From: Blepharisma stoltei ATCC 30299
Lineage: Eukaryota > Protista > Ciliophora
Length of the DNA: 64,000 nucleotides
Direction: 5' to 3'
Assembly: GCA_965603825.1 (NCBI GenBank)
Contig: CBFDEM010000017.1
Span: 310,001 to 374,000 of the forward strand
Shown: positions 51,801 through 63,683 of the stretch, piece by piece
How the letters are laid out: each line of letters begins with the position of its first letter
Numbering within the stretch: position 1 is the first letter of the stretch
Translations under genes and position numbers: made by a program
The notes under the pieces: model-generated
The model's database searches: none
What the model was told of the DNA's origin: nothing
What the model saw: the letters and a program-made list of their open reading frames with translations, nothing else

Positions 51801-54800
51801 AAAATATTTTTTCAAGCTCTCCCCAGTGCTTTTGGCAAGTTAACCACTCGTCTAAAGTGGCTGCAAATAAGGAAAATTTTTTATTTCACTTGTCGACTTC
51901 ATCGAATAGAGATCCAATATAACGGTTAGTAAGAATTGTGGTAATGACGACTTGGGTGTCTTCTAGTAATGAAGAGATGTCTTCTATTGCAGTAAAAATA
52001 TAAAAATCTTTATCTCGGAGGTATTTAAACTGAAATTCAATGGTTTCCCATGGCCTTAAAATTTCCCGCAATTGTTTTTCTAGCTCTTCTTCTTTTCTAG
52101 CTTTAAGTGCGATTTCGCAGATTTCTTCTTTTTTGTCGTTGACTCTCATACTTAGAAGCGTGCTTAATGTGAAATTTGTGTCTTCAATGTTTATATCTTG
52201 CTTTAAAATCTCTCGAAGAGCTTTCCAATGTCTCTCTTTTAATGCTGGGCACCTTAAGTCGATAACTACTGGCATTGTATCCCTGAGCTCTTCTACAAGC
52301 TGTTTTAGTCACTGTCCAACAAAATTTCCTTGCTCTTCTAGCTGCCGGGATCTTAGAGAAACTTTATAAAACCCTTCAACTTCTTCGCCGATTGTTTCTA
52401 CATCGATGCTTTTGAATGGGGTTTCTTTCCACATGCCTAATTTGCCTGTCCAGTCATTTAGAGCACTCCACATGTCATTTTTTAATATATAATCCTGGCG
52501 AAGGTTTATTACGTGATTGAAATTTTTCCTTTCGAGCTCTAAAACATCTAAATACATCGAATAGTTGTTTGCGTCTGTATAAAGCTCTTCAACGTCTTTT
52601 CCTACACGCTTGAGAAGATCTGAGACTAATATTGGTGATGAGTTTTTATCACTTATAGCAGGGTCTTTGAGCTGAGCTTGTAGTACTTGTGCTCTTTTGT
52701 CAACAGTAGCTATATGAGTTTTCAGCTCCTTGGTGAACTTTATTTTGTTTCCTTCAGACTTCATATAAGCTAAATTAGTCCTTTGCCGCATAATTTCTAT
52801 AGCCTTCATGGCATCATTGTATTTGTCTTTAGTATTATCTCCTGCAGGTATATTATAAGTTTCCATCAGTCCCATCATTTCTTTCAATTCATTGATTTTC
52901 AAGCCTAAAGACTGCGATTTTTCTTCAATATCTCTTAAAATTAAGACTTGCTGGATATATTGATGAATGTCATGAGGATTATTCCCAAGCTTTTTATTAA
53001 CCCCTGATACTTCTTGGTACAGGTTTTGTGATCTTTCATATGCTAAATCTGGTAGTAGTCTTTCTAGCTTAGAAATGCATTCAATTGGTGATGGGATTAT
53101 TATTTTCTTTATTTTTGAGGCATCTAGTCGGAAAATCCCGACATCTTTTAGATCAACCAAATTTTTGAAAACTTCTGCTTGTTTTTTATATCTTTTAATA
53201 GTGTTGCTTAGTACTTCAATTTCAACAGTTTTGAATTTATTTATTTTCAGATGCTGATTATCTATATATTCTTTAATATTGCCCTTTAAGTAGTCAGAAG
53301 CTCTTACAACGTTTTCAAATCTGGAATCCAAGCCTTCTCTTATCTTAGTTTCTAGCATAAGAATATTGTTGTTATCCAATATCATTTGCATTAAGTCGAC
53401 ATTATCATCATAGAAATCATCAGCAAACTCATTCATGGCTCTCCTTAAATTATCAAATTCTTTGGAGTGCGATAAATTCTTATTGTTTGATACCAATTCA
53501 ATTGATTTTATAATGACATCAGAAATTGCGTTTCTCAGCTCTTCTATATTTGGACTAAAAGTAATTTCATTTTTATATAGCTCAGCTTCTATAATGATAA
53601 TAGGTTGATATTGCTTATTCAGACCTCTTTCTCTATTTGTATAGTCAAAAGTAATTGTCCCCACCATTTTTGTGGAAGTGGCTATACACAGCTTGATTTT
53701 TGAGTCAATAATATTATAATCACAGAGCTTCACAAACTTTGCTAGTCTTCTCAAATGAGTTCGAATAATGGCTTCATGAGTATATGGCATAGGCTTATTA
53801 TACATATTTCCTATTAAAAATGCTTCTTCTTCCTCCAAATCGTCATGCAGCACATTGGTATTATTGGCTTTTCTAAAGCTCTCCATAGAGTTTTTGCATG
53901 ATTCTCTTACATTTTCTTTAATGTTTTTTTCAATATCTTCCAGTTCCATTCTTCTTCTTTCCCTTCTAATTTCTTGATCTTCTACAAATTCCTTGATGCT
54001 TCTGACCAAATCAAACCTTAAATCAATCATATCAAATTTCGATATCCTGTAGCATTGGTATCTGACTTCAAAAAATGACTCTCTTAGCTTATTATCTAAT
54101 ATAAATAATTCCTGCTCTAAAAATTGTGCTCTCTCCCTCATCATAATTCTTCTCCTCATATTTTTCCACAGAGAAAAATCTTTCCACAATTTATATTGCT
54201 TAAAAAATGCAATTTTTTTGAGCTTTTGGTACATTAAGTATTCCCTTTCTCACTCTTCTAGTGTTAAAAATGAGATATCGCCATGGCTGAAATGGGTAAT
54301 TCCACGAGAGCTTATAGTGAAATATTCATTTTGATTTCTTTCATTAAAGCTTACAAATTCCAAATCATAAGCATCTTGTCCACGGTTGCAGTACCAAAAA
54401 TCGTCCCTGAGCTCCTGTGAATGTTTAATCAGCTGAAGAAATTCTAAAGGTGTAGGCATATTGCTTAAGTTTTTCATTTCAGTTTTGAGAAAATGCAAAT
54501 CGCCATGCAAATGTTTCTTGATGGAACGAGGGTTTCTTGAGGTTGATCTCATTCGTGAATGGCCAATTTCTTCTTGGGCTTTGATAGTGTCAAGAAATGG
54601 GGTTTGTGAACGTTCCATGCCTGTGCGATCTGTTTTAAGAGGTGAAGAAAGGTTATTACGGAGAATTGAAGGGATTGGCTCGAGCTTTTCACGCTTTTTC
54701 ATTTGAGAAACTGAACGTGTTTCTTGTAAGTTAAGTTTTGGGACAAGAGTAGGGAGAGGACGTAGACGCTCTGTACTTGGGTTTCGTGGGATTTTCTGAT

Positions 54801-54867
54801 GGAATTTTAAGCCAATTTCTGTGGCAATAAGACGCTTGGCGAGTCTTTTCTTAAGGTCTTCAGACAT
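42850..54867 (-). CDS. DNAH6: Axonemal inner-arm dynein heavy chain, DNAH6-like (~4005 aa)
   Basis: Eleven track ORFs in a single frame, each junction ending in TGA. P-loops GPAGTGKT, GPAISGKT, GPTGVGKS and GLSGSGKQ. The C-terminus LSTTGHSTNFV...WILKGAAFVCQL resembles DNAH6 (subfamily call from recall). Confidence 0.93.
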
Positions 54868-55047
54868 GTATTAATATGAAGAATGGATTAATGCAAACAG
54901 AGGAAAATGATTTTTAAGAGTCTTGGGTAAAAAATTAGAAGAAAATAGACGTAAAGCTTAAAGAATAGGCAATAATTGTATAAATTACGTTAAAATAGAG
55001 TATCTATTATTATTATTTAAATTTATTTGAAATTGATAATTTAAGCG

Positions 55048-58000
55048 CTATATTTGTTCTGTATTCATATCCAAAATTGTCGGCAATATTGAGAACCTTC
55101 TAAGATTGGTAATTTGATTATTTAAATATGGCAAATAGTAGCAAAAATATAAGAGGCATAAAGCAGCAGAATAAATAATTGTGGTATCTATAATAATATT
55201 CAAATGACTATCTATGATATTTTTTGAATCCTCATCAGCAATCTGAAACTCTATCCCAAGTTCTGTTTGAACTTCACTAATTTTAGCCAAAAAATAAGCC
55301 ATCAAATCGCTAGGCCATAAACTGGTCTGCTCAGATACATCTTCAATGTCAAATATTACAGTATTAATCGAGGCTTCTGTTCCGTATTTTAATAAATCTA
55401 GGGTTGAGTTGTAGCTTTCATAGAGCTTCTTAATCAAACTTTGTGACATTAAATCTTTAAAACCTTGCTGCCTAACTTCTATGTTATGCCTTAATAAAGA
55501 GCTAGAAGTTAATGCAAGCATCACGTGCGAATTAGAAAAGTCATAATATTCAGGGAAATTCAAAATAAAATAAGGCTGATATAAATCTCGTGCAAAGATG
55601 TTCATTCTTGATATTAATGATCTCCGGGAGTTAAAGTTGCTTAAAAGTTTCGGCCTGTTTATCATTAAGCGTTCACATTGGGGATAAAGATACAAAGAAA
55701 TCAAAAAATAATAAGATGTGGCAATTGCAAAAAAAATCATAAGTCTTCAAGTGTAATTTAGATATAAAGATGCTTTAACATGCCTTGCTTCATCGAGACG
55801 ATTCTGCCTCGTCCTTATTGAAGTATCGATATTATAGTCAATGCTATGAATAATCATTAATCTTTCAATGCAAGAAAGTTTGAGCCTTGACAATGAATAC
55901 TGAGCATTATTTAACACAAAATTTCAAAATTGGTCATGCTTTTTTGAAACAAGAATTATAAATCCAATAATAATAACTACCAAAACTGCAAGTGCAACAA
56001 ATCCTACAATCAACAATGCATTTATTATGCTTCCATTTCTCTTTACTCTATCTATTTCACAATCTTCTATTCCTTGCATAGTAAAATTTGTATAGTCGTA
56101 AGCAAACCCTAGGCCATTAATAACTAAGAATTTGCAGTGGTCTTTATAATTTTTTCCTAATTTTACATCTGAAATCATATTTTTTCCCTATCTTAAGATT
56201 ACATGGAATATAAATTCCCCAATCACATCATAAAGATTTCGAAACGACCGTTTGGTGCTTTCTCCGTCAAATACCCATAACGGAACTAAAGGCTTATAAA
56301 GAATATCAGCAGCAGAGCAGTAGCTTCACTGCTCAAAGTCTCGCAAAATGTCATTTTCTATCCTATCTAGATCATAAATAAGATTTTCAAAAGCATTTAT
56401 TTGGTTTATTTGTATTTCTTTAGAAATATTCATTAAAATCATTCTATCAAGAGTCCTTGCTATGTCAGCTGAAATATCTAGGTCATATAAAAGGTCACCT
56501 ACAAGCTTAAATGAGCTCAAGGAAGTAGAATAAGAAACATCGCTTATCATATAGCCTAAGATGGCAGAAACTGTAGTAATCACAGACAAAATCACTGCAA
56601 AAAGAACTCATTGCAGTACCCTGATTCTTTTTTTGGTATTTAGCAGTATTTTTTTGGCATGGACTAATTAGAAATTACTAGATTTTATTGAAAATCCACT
56701 AAAATGTTCAAAGGATATTGATTTATCAGAGCGAGTTTTTTCCTCATCGTTGCTTTTTATAAAAGTATTATCAATTGAGCGTGTGAAGTCAGTCTCGGTT
56801 TTTTCATATGATTTCATAGTAAGGGATATATCCTGTGATTGTTGGAATTTTACTTCAAAATTCTTCGGCTTTGCTTTTACTTCTTCTTGAAAGGTGCATT
56901 CGGTAGCTTGCATGGTTTGCATTGAGTCGCCTTGTTCTTGATCTTGGTTTTCTAGCCACTTTTTTAATTCTTTATCGTTGTGTATGATTACTAGCTGATC
57001 AATTTCTTTTGACATTACTGCTGTTTTCAATTTAATTAAGGCTACTTCTGAGTTATTCAGAGGCAGCATAAAAGGCTCATTCACTTCGAGACTTTCATAG
57101 TGCAGCTGTGGCAATAAATCGGATATTTTTTTATTAATAAGAAATTTTTCTTGCAGTCCTAAATAATAAGGAAACAATTCTGAGTGACTAGTTATGATCC
57201 CTTCTTCTGAAATAAGTGCAATCTGCCTGCTAGTAGCTTTTGGCTTAAACGATACCAAAAAATAAAGAAAATTATGAAAAGCCGTTAGCTTAACCAATAC
57301 ACTGCACTCTATCATAAAGCCTTTTTGGTCTAAAAGGCAGAGGTTTTTATGGTCCATAACATCAATTGCATCACAATTTTCAACAAAGTTTCTCATCTGT
57401 GTATCGTGATTAAGATCATAAGGCTGAGGAATGAAGGAATTAAAAGGTGTTTCAAGGGCATTTGTTAAAGAAATTTTTAAAATATGCGTTGCTTTTTCGT
57501 TTAAATACACAATTTTTCCAAACGAGTCGTCCAAACATGAGACTAATATCGTAGCTACATCTTTTCCATATTTTTCTAAACTTTGCTCTTGGGATCTTTT
57601 ATTATATAAGCTCATGCCATTTTTTTTCCTTTTAATTATTTCAGCTTGTTCTTGATTATTATAAATATTTTCAAGGTAGCTGGCATATATTTCAAATGCT
57701 TCTAAATTTTTATATCTGTCGACCAGATTTTTGTAGCCTTTTTTAATTCCTCTTGCAGAGTCTGATACACGATCTACTAAATTAATTATTTTTTTGATAC
57801 GAGGATGCGTTGAATAAAACTCAGACTGTAGCTCAATTATCATATAGCATAATACTTCATCTTGATTTTTTAACTTATTGTAATCCTTTAAATAATCCAA
57901 ATAGCCTGTATCAGGAAATTCTTTACATTTCCTCATAGTAAGCCATCAAAAAAGCCTCCATTCTTGGGCTTCTGCTTCAAACGAAGATTCATATTTTTTT

Positions 58001-59277
58001 ATTTTCGCAAGCTTAACTCTTGCTAGTCTTTCATCTTTTACCACAAAAACACAGAAATTAAACTCCCATATCACAAAAAGTTTATCCTTTTGAAAATGAT
58101 GCAGTTTTGAAAAAATTTTGAAAAGTTCCAAAGTTTCCAATTTTTCAGCTAAATTTTCATTTGTTAATAAATGCCTATATTTTCTTTCGAACTCGAACTG
58201 ATTATGGGGAAACGATGTTATTTTTTGAAGATTTTTGGTTTTTTTATTGACAAATCAAAGAACTGCAAATAAGACCATAGGCTGTAAAAAGATATTAAAA
58301 ATGACTATGATAAGTGCACTGTCCATTATTCTCCCAAATATGAAAATCAAAGATAATACGGATAATGTCATCATTTTTCAAGCTTGAATAGAATTCGCAA
58401 TCTGATTAAAATAATCCAAACATAAAATTCCTTGAAGCCCAAGATAGAAGGAATATAAAAAGACCATAATTTGATGAAAATCTACATTATAATCTCCAAA
58501 AATCACATAAGAAACACAGATTAAAATATAAAACAGCCGTCTTTGTACATCTAATTTTACAGTTGATCTTGCCTTTATATTTACTCTATGATGTGAATGA
58601 TTAATATCAGATGTAAAATTTTCTGAAGAGAAATTTATAAAAACTATTGATAATAAGCAGCTAGCTCCAAGTACAAATCCTAGCGCCCCATAATCTAGCT
58701 CACTTGCTTTAATTGATCCCTCATATTCAATTATTGTGCTCCGATTAATCGTTGAGTATTTTATTACTAATAGAAACATCATCACACTTGGAACAAGGCA
58801 AATTGTAGTCAAAGATAAAGCAATTTTTCGGGTCAAAATCACAAATAGCGATGGTATTTCTTTTTTTAAGTAAAAAGATATTCCGAATACCATAAAAGTT
58901 AGAAAACAGATCCCTACGAGTGACAGTGTACCATAAAAGCAAAAAGTCATGCTATAAGTTCTTGCGCAAATTTGATCATAGCTGATATATCCGATATATT
59001 GCCAAATCGGCATATATGATGATCAGCCTGATATTGTAAGTTTAGGATGTCATGCAATTGAAGCCAGCTGCAAAACTAGGATCAAATTTATAAAAATTTC
59101 ATTGAAAATCTGAACTCTAACTTTCGTTTTTCTGCTGTATTTAGGTTTAAAGACCTTTCCAAAGAACCCAAAAAAATAGTTTTTAAATTTGTTTGAAAAG
59201 AGATTTTGAGAAAAAAACTCATCGTTTCCTTTTATTTCCTTTGAAATTGAGTCTTCATTGTCTAAAATTGTGATCAT
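55048..59277 (-). CDS. Multi-pass membrane PAS-domain protein (TmcB/TmcC-like), paralog A, two micro-introns
   Basis: Seven ORFs joined by TGA=W and introns 56664-56678 and 56188-56202. PAS-like GKIVYLNEKA...FIPQPYDLNHD. Stop TAG. Confidence 0.82.
56188..56202 (-). other. 15 nt intron GTAATCTTAAGATAG
   Basis: In-frame TAG. Same position as 60587-60601 in paralog B. Confidence 0.9.
56664..56678 (-). other. 15 nt intron GTAATTTCTAATTAG
   Basis: Removes the in-frame TAA at 56668-56670. Confidence 0.8.
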
Positions 59278-59461
59278 TTTATAAAATTGATTTTCGATAT
59301 AATCTAAAAAGGTAAAAATGAGTTGTGAATTATTTATGAAGTTTTATATGATGCTAATTAACGTAATAAATTCTTGCTATACATTTAATGTATTTTTTGA
59401 ATATCTATAATTATAAGAAAAATATATTCTATGAACAATTAAAATATATTTATTACAAATC

Positions 59462-62400
59462 TTATTCGGGTTCCATTGGCAAAATTGTTGAAAGTATTGA
59501 GAAGCGGTTAAGCTGCTTTACTTGTTTATTCAAATATGGTAAATAATAGCAAAAGAATAATGCACACATTGTTACTGAATAAGCTGCGGTTGTATATACA
59601 ATTGAATTTAGTCTCTCTTTTATAAGATCCTTGGAATCACGATCTGCCAATTCAAACTCATAGCTTATTTCATTTTGAATTATTACTACATCTGCAAGCA
59701 ATGCAAAAGCAGAGGCAGTAGGTAAAAATTTGTAATATCCTTGATTCTCACAATCGTCAATAATTGAATTAATAGCAGCTTCTGATCCATATTTAAGAAT
59801 TTCGCTACTGGATTCCACACTTTCGTAAATTTTTTCTTCTAATTCTGATGACATTAATTCTCTCAATTCGCTTTCTCTAAGCTCTTTATGTTTTAATTTG
59901 ATAATATTTTCAGCGTCTCTAACCATTGTTCAAGCATTTGCAAATTCAAAATAGTGAGGCATCCGGAATTCTATATAATGAGCAAGTATTTCTCTAGAAA
60001 ACATTGATAATCTTCTTAGATTTGACCGTCTTATGTTAAAGTTGCTGAGAAGCTTTGGGCGGTTTATCATTAAAGTTTCGCAATTTGGATATAAGTAGCA
60101 GTATATTAAAAGATAATAAGAAGCAGCAATTGCAAAAAAAATCATAACTCTTCAAATATAATGCAAGTAAATAGAAGTTCTTACTTTTCGTTTTGTGCGG
60201 CTTCCCAATATATCAATGCTCAACTCGGAGTTATAATCTATTCCATGAATGAGTATAAGCCTATCAGCAGCTGAACTTTTGAGTTTAGCTAGTGCCCACT
60301 GTGCATTATTTAAAATAAAATTCCAAAACTCATCATGCTTTTGGGAAACCAAAATAATGTATCCAATAATTACTAAAACTAGTATGCCAAGTGTAATAAA
60401 TCCACATATTAGCAGAATGTTTATATTTTTTCCAGTATTTTTCACTCGTTCCATTTCACAATTAACTATTCCATCCATTGTCGAATTTGCATGATTAAAA
60501 AGATTTCCTATGCCATTAAGAAAAATAAATCTGACATAATTAAGATAGTATTCTTTTTCTGAAACTGCCTTAATCATACTTTTGCACTGTATAGAAATTA
60601 CATTTAAAATTATTTCTGATACTGCGTCATATAAATTTGAGTATTTTACTCTAGGCTCAATTTCATCATAATATATTAAAGGGATAATAGAATTTGTCAC
60701 GATATCTGCGCTTGAGCAATAGCTCCACTGGTCAAAATCTTCAAAAATGGTTCCTTGAACAGTTTCTAAGTCTGTGATTAAATTTATTAAATCGTCAATT
60801 GATTTCTTGAATTGCTCAGGAGTAGAATCTGGCAAGATGACTACTCTGTCGATAATTCTTGCTAAGTCTGCGGAAAGTCCAAGATTATACAAAAGCTGGC
60901 CTAGGTCTTTAAAGGAACTCAGAGACGTCGTATATGACACATCAGTTATCATATACCCTAAAATTGCTCCAACAGTTACAATAACTGACGACATCTAATT
61001 TTTTCTTACCACAAGGAATAGCACAACTTGCAGAACTCTTATTTTTCTTTTAGACTCTACTAGCAGCATTTTAGCCTGATTAGGAAGTTTATATCCTACT
61101 GATGATTTCGAATGGTCTTCCGTAAGTGATTTTTTGTCTTGGCTCCTGCAAGAGTTTAATAATTCTTTTGTTTGGACCATATCATTATTAGTTAAATATT
61201 CTGTTTCAACTTTATCAAAAGATTTGCCTGAAAGAGAGAAATTACTGACTGAGTGGTATCTCACTTGCATGCCTCTTCTTTTAATATCCATATCAGATTG
61301 AGTTTGGTCATAATCACAAGTAACATCTTGGTCTGCAAAATAGGCTAATTGGTCCTGGTCAATCCCTTCTTTTCAGTTTTTTATTTCTTGTTGATCGTGA
61401 ATGATAATTAACTCATGTATTGCTGTTGACTTAATTTCTCTAATTTTATGAATAAAAGCAAGTTCCCCATCATTAAAAGGGAGGATCCAAGGCTCATAGT
61501 CTTGCATTTTATTTATTTCTAAAACAGGGACTACAGTTGACAAGTTTTGGCCTTTTAAGCTTTTTGATTCTGAGCCGATATAAAAAGGAAACAGCTCAGA
61601 ATGCCCAGTGATGAGTCCTTCATCCGAAATTATTGCAATTTCGCGTGAAGTTTTCCTTTGTTCAAAAGAAATCAGAAAATATGCACAGTTATGGAAAGCT
61701 GTCAACTTTATTAAAAAGTTACATTCAACTAAATGTCCTTCAACATTTTGGAAAAATAAATATTTGTGTGAAACAAGATCAATCGTGCTGCTATTGAATA
61801 CAAAATCTTTAATTGATTTCAAGTGGCAAACATCAAAAGGTTGTGGAATGAAATTTAATAGAGAAGTGCCAATTATATTTCCAATTGATGTTTTTAAGAG
61901 CCGAGATGCTTTTTCGTTGAGATGCATGATATTGCAAAATGAGTCGTCGGAGCATGACACTAGGATTGTTGGCACGTCTTTTCCATAATTTTCTAATTTT
62001 TTTATATCGTTGTGCTGATTATAGAAATTTATTCCATTTTTTTTTCCGAGTTATTATGTTTGCTTCTTCATGGTCATTTTTAATACTTTCTAGAAAACCG
62101 CCATATAGTTCATATCCTTCTAAATTTTTATATTTTTCGCAAAGGCTTTTGAAGTCTTCGCTAAGACTAATAATATAGTTTGCAGTCCTATTAGCTAAAT
62201 TGACAATTTTATGAATCCTTGGAGCCTTCAGAGAAATTTCTATTTGAAGTTCTATAAGAGTATAACAAAGTTCTTCATCTTGATTTCTAATCCTACTGTA
62301 TTCTTTTAAAAATTCTAAATAATTTGTTTCAGGAAAAGACTTGCATTTTCTTTTAATTAACCATGTAAAAAGTCTTCATTCCTGTATTTCTCCTTCAAAT

Positions 62401-63683
62401 GAAGATTTTGCATTAGCGATTTTTGACAGCTTTACCCTTGCCAATCTCTCATTTTTAACTATTGTAATGCAATAGCTAAATTCCCATATCACAAAAAGCT
62501 TATCCTTTTGAAATTGATTTGCTTTTCAATAAACTTTGAATAAATCAAGTACTCAAAGCTTATCCTCGTAGTCTTTATCAATTAATAAGTGTCTGAATTT
62601 TCTTTCAAATTCATACTGATTACTTGGATAGTCTGTGCTGTCTTTCAGTCTTGTGTAATTTCTCCTAACTAACCGAGCCATCAATAGAAATACTATGGGC
62701 TGAAGACACAGGGTAAATACTACAATAATTAAAGCATCATCTAGAATCTCTCCAAATATAAAAACCAAAATCATAGTAGAAATCGACCCCATTTTGCAAG
62801 CCTCGATTATGTTTTCGAAAATATTAAAATATTGTAAAACTGTTACTGATTTATAGCTCAAAAAAAGTGCGTAAGACAGCAAAATTGCTTGATGAACAAT
62901 AACATTTGAATCGCCAAAAGAAACAAATAGAACGCAAGTAAAAGTATAAAAAATTCGCTTTTGTAGGTCCAAAAGAGAAAAAGACCTTGATTTTAGATTT
63001 TTTTCTGAGTGGGAATGCTGAATATCGCAAGAAAAATATTCAGAGCATACATTAATTGGAACCAAAATTAATAAGCATAAAATCGAAAGAATAATTCCTA
63101 TTGTTCCAAAGTCAAGGATACTTGAAGACAAGCCATCATATTCTTCTATTTCTTGTGTATCAAGCATTGAATACTTCGTTATCATCAGTAAAATCATAGT
63201 GCTAGGAATTAAGCATACTGTCGTAAGCAGCATTGCAATTTTTTTAGGAAAAATTGATATATAAATAGGTGGATCCTTTTTGATGTAGATATAAAACCCA
63301 AAAACAGTAAATGATACCAAGCACATCCCAATCAGTGAAATCGTCCCAAAAAAACAGAAATTCATAATTCCTAAATTCGCACAAATACTGTCGTAGCTTG
63401 TTCATCCTATTATTTTTCAGAAAGTTTTATATGAGCTCCAGCCGTGCACTTTCATTTTTGGGTACCATGCTAGAGAAATTATCTGAAGAGTAAACGTAGC
63501 ATTGATTAATACTTCATATGTGAGCTGAATATTTGGCCTTGTTTTTCTATTGTATTTTACTTTAAAGAGTTGACAGAAAACACCATAAAAGTAATTCTTA
63601 AATTTGCTTGAAAATAAGGATTGAGAGAGAAAGACGTGCAGATCTTTGCATTCTTTCTGGAAGGACTTTAAATCATTTGCCAT
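59462..63683 (-). CDS. Multi-pass membrane PAS-domain protein, paralog B; two micro-introns and one +1 frameshift in an A9 run
   Basis: ATG 63683, colinear with paralog A. Introns 60995-61009 and 60587-60601. Frameshift at 62037-62045. Confidence 0.78.
60587..60601 (-). other. 15 nt stop-free intron GTAATTTCTATACAG (hidden in the ORF as VISIQ)
   Basis: Matches the consensus and sits at the position homologous to intron 56188-56202. Confidence 0.8.
60995..61009 (-). other. 15 nt intron GTAAGAAAAAATTAG
   Basis: In-frame TAG. Removal gives VLFLV-MSSV, matching VLFAVILSV in paralog A. Confidence 0.9.

Noticed and set aside
1-54867. Apparent cluster of Ca2+/cyclic-nucleotide and ciliary genes (CDPKs, PDEs, K+ channel, CFAP20, dynein)
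   Set aside because: These families are heavily expanded in ciliates and are interspersed with unrelated genes, so there is no evidence of a functional cluster.
58378-58380. TGA aligning with Cys in the paralog (IQA-TGA-KM vs IEACKM), hinting at the Euplotes TGA=Cys code
   Set aside because: A single site, explained by a one-base TGC/TGA change. Conserved-motif sites all indicate Trp.
1703-62178. Many short antisense or overlapping ORFs in the track (e.g. 1914..2237, 3755..4048, 39533..39901, 41830..42354, and those opposite dynein)
   Set aside because: Shadow frames of real genes with no motifs; many begin at TTG or GTG.
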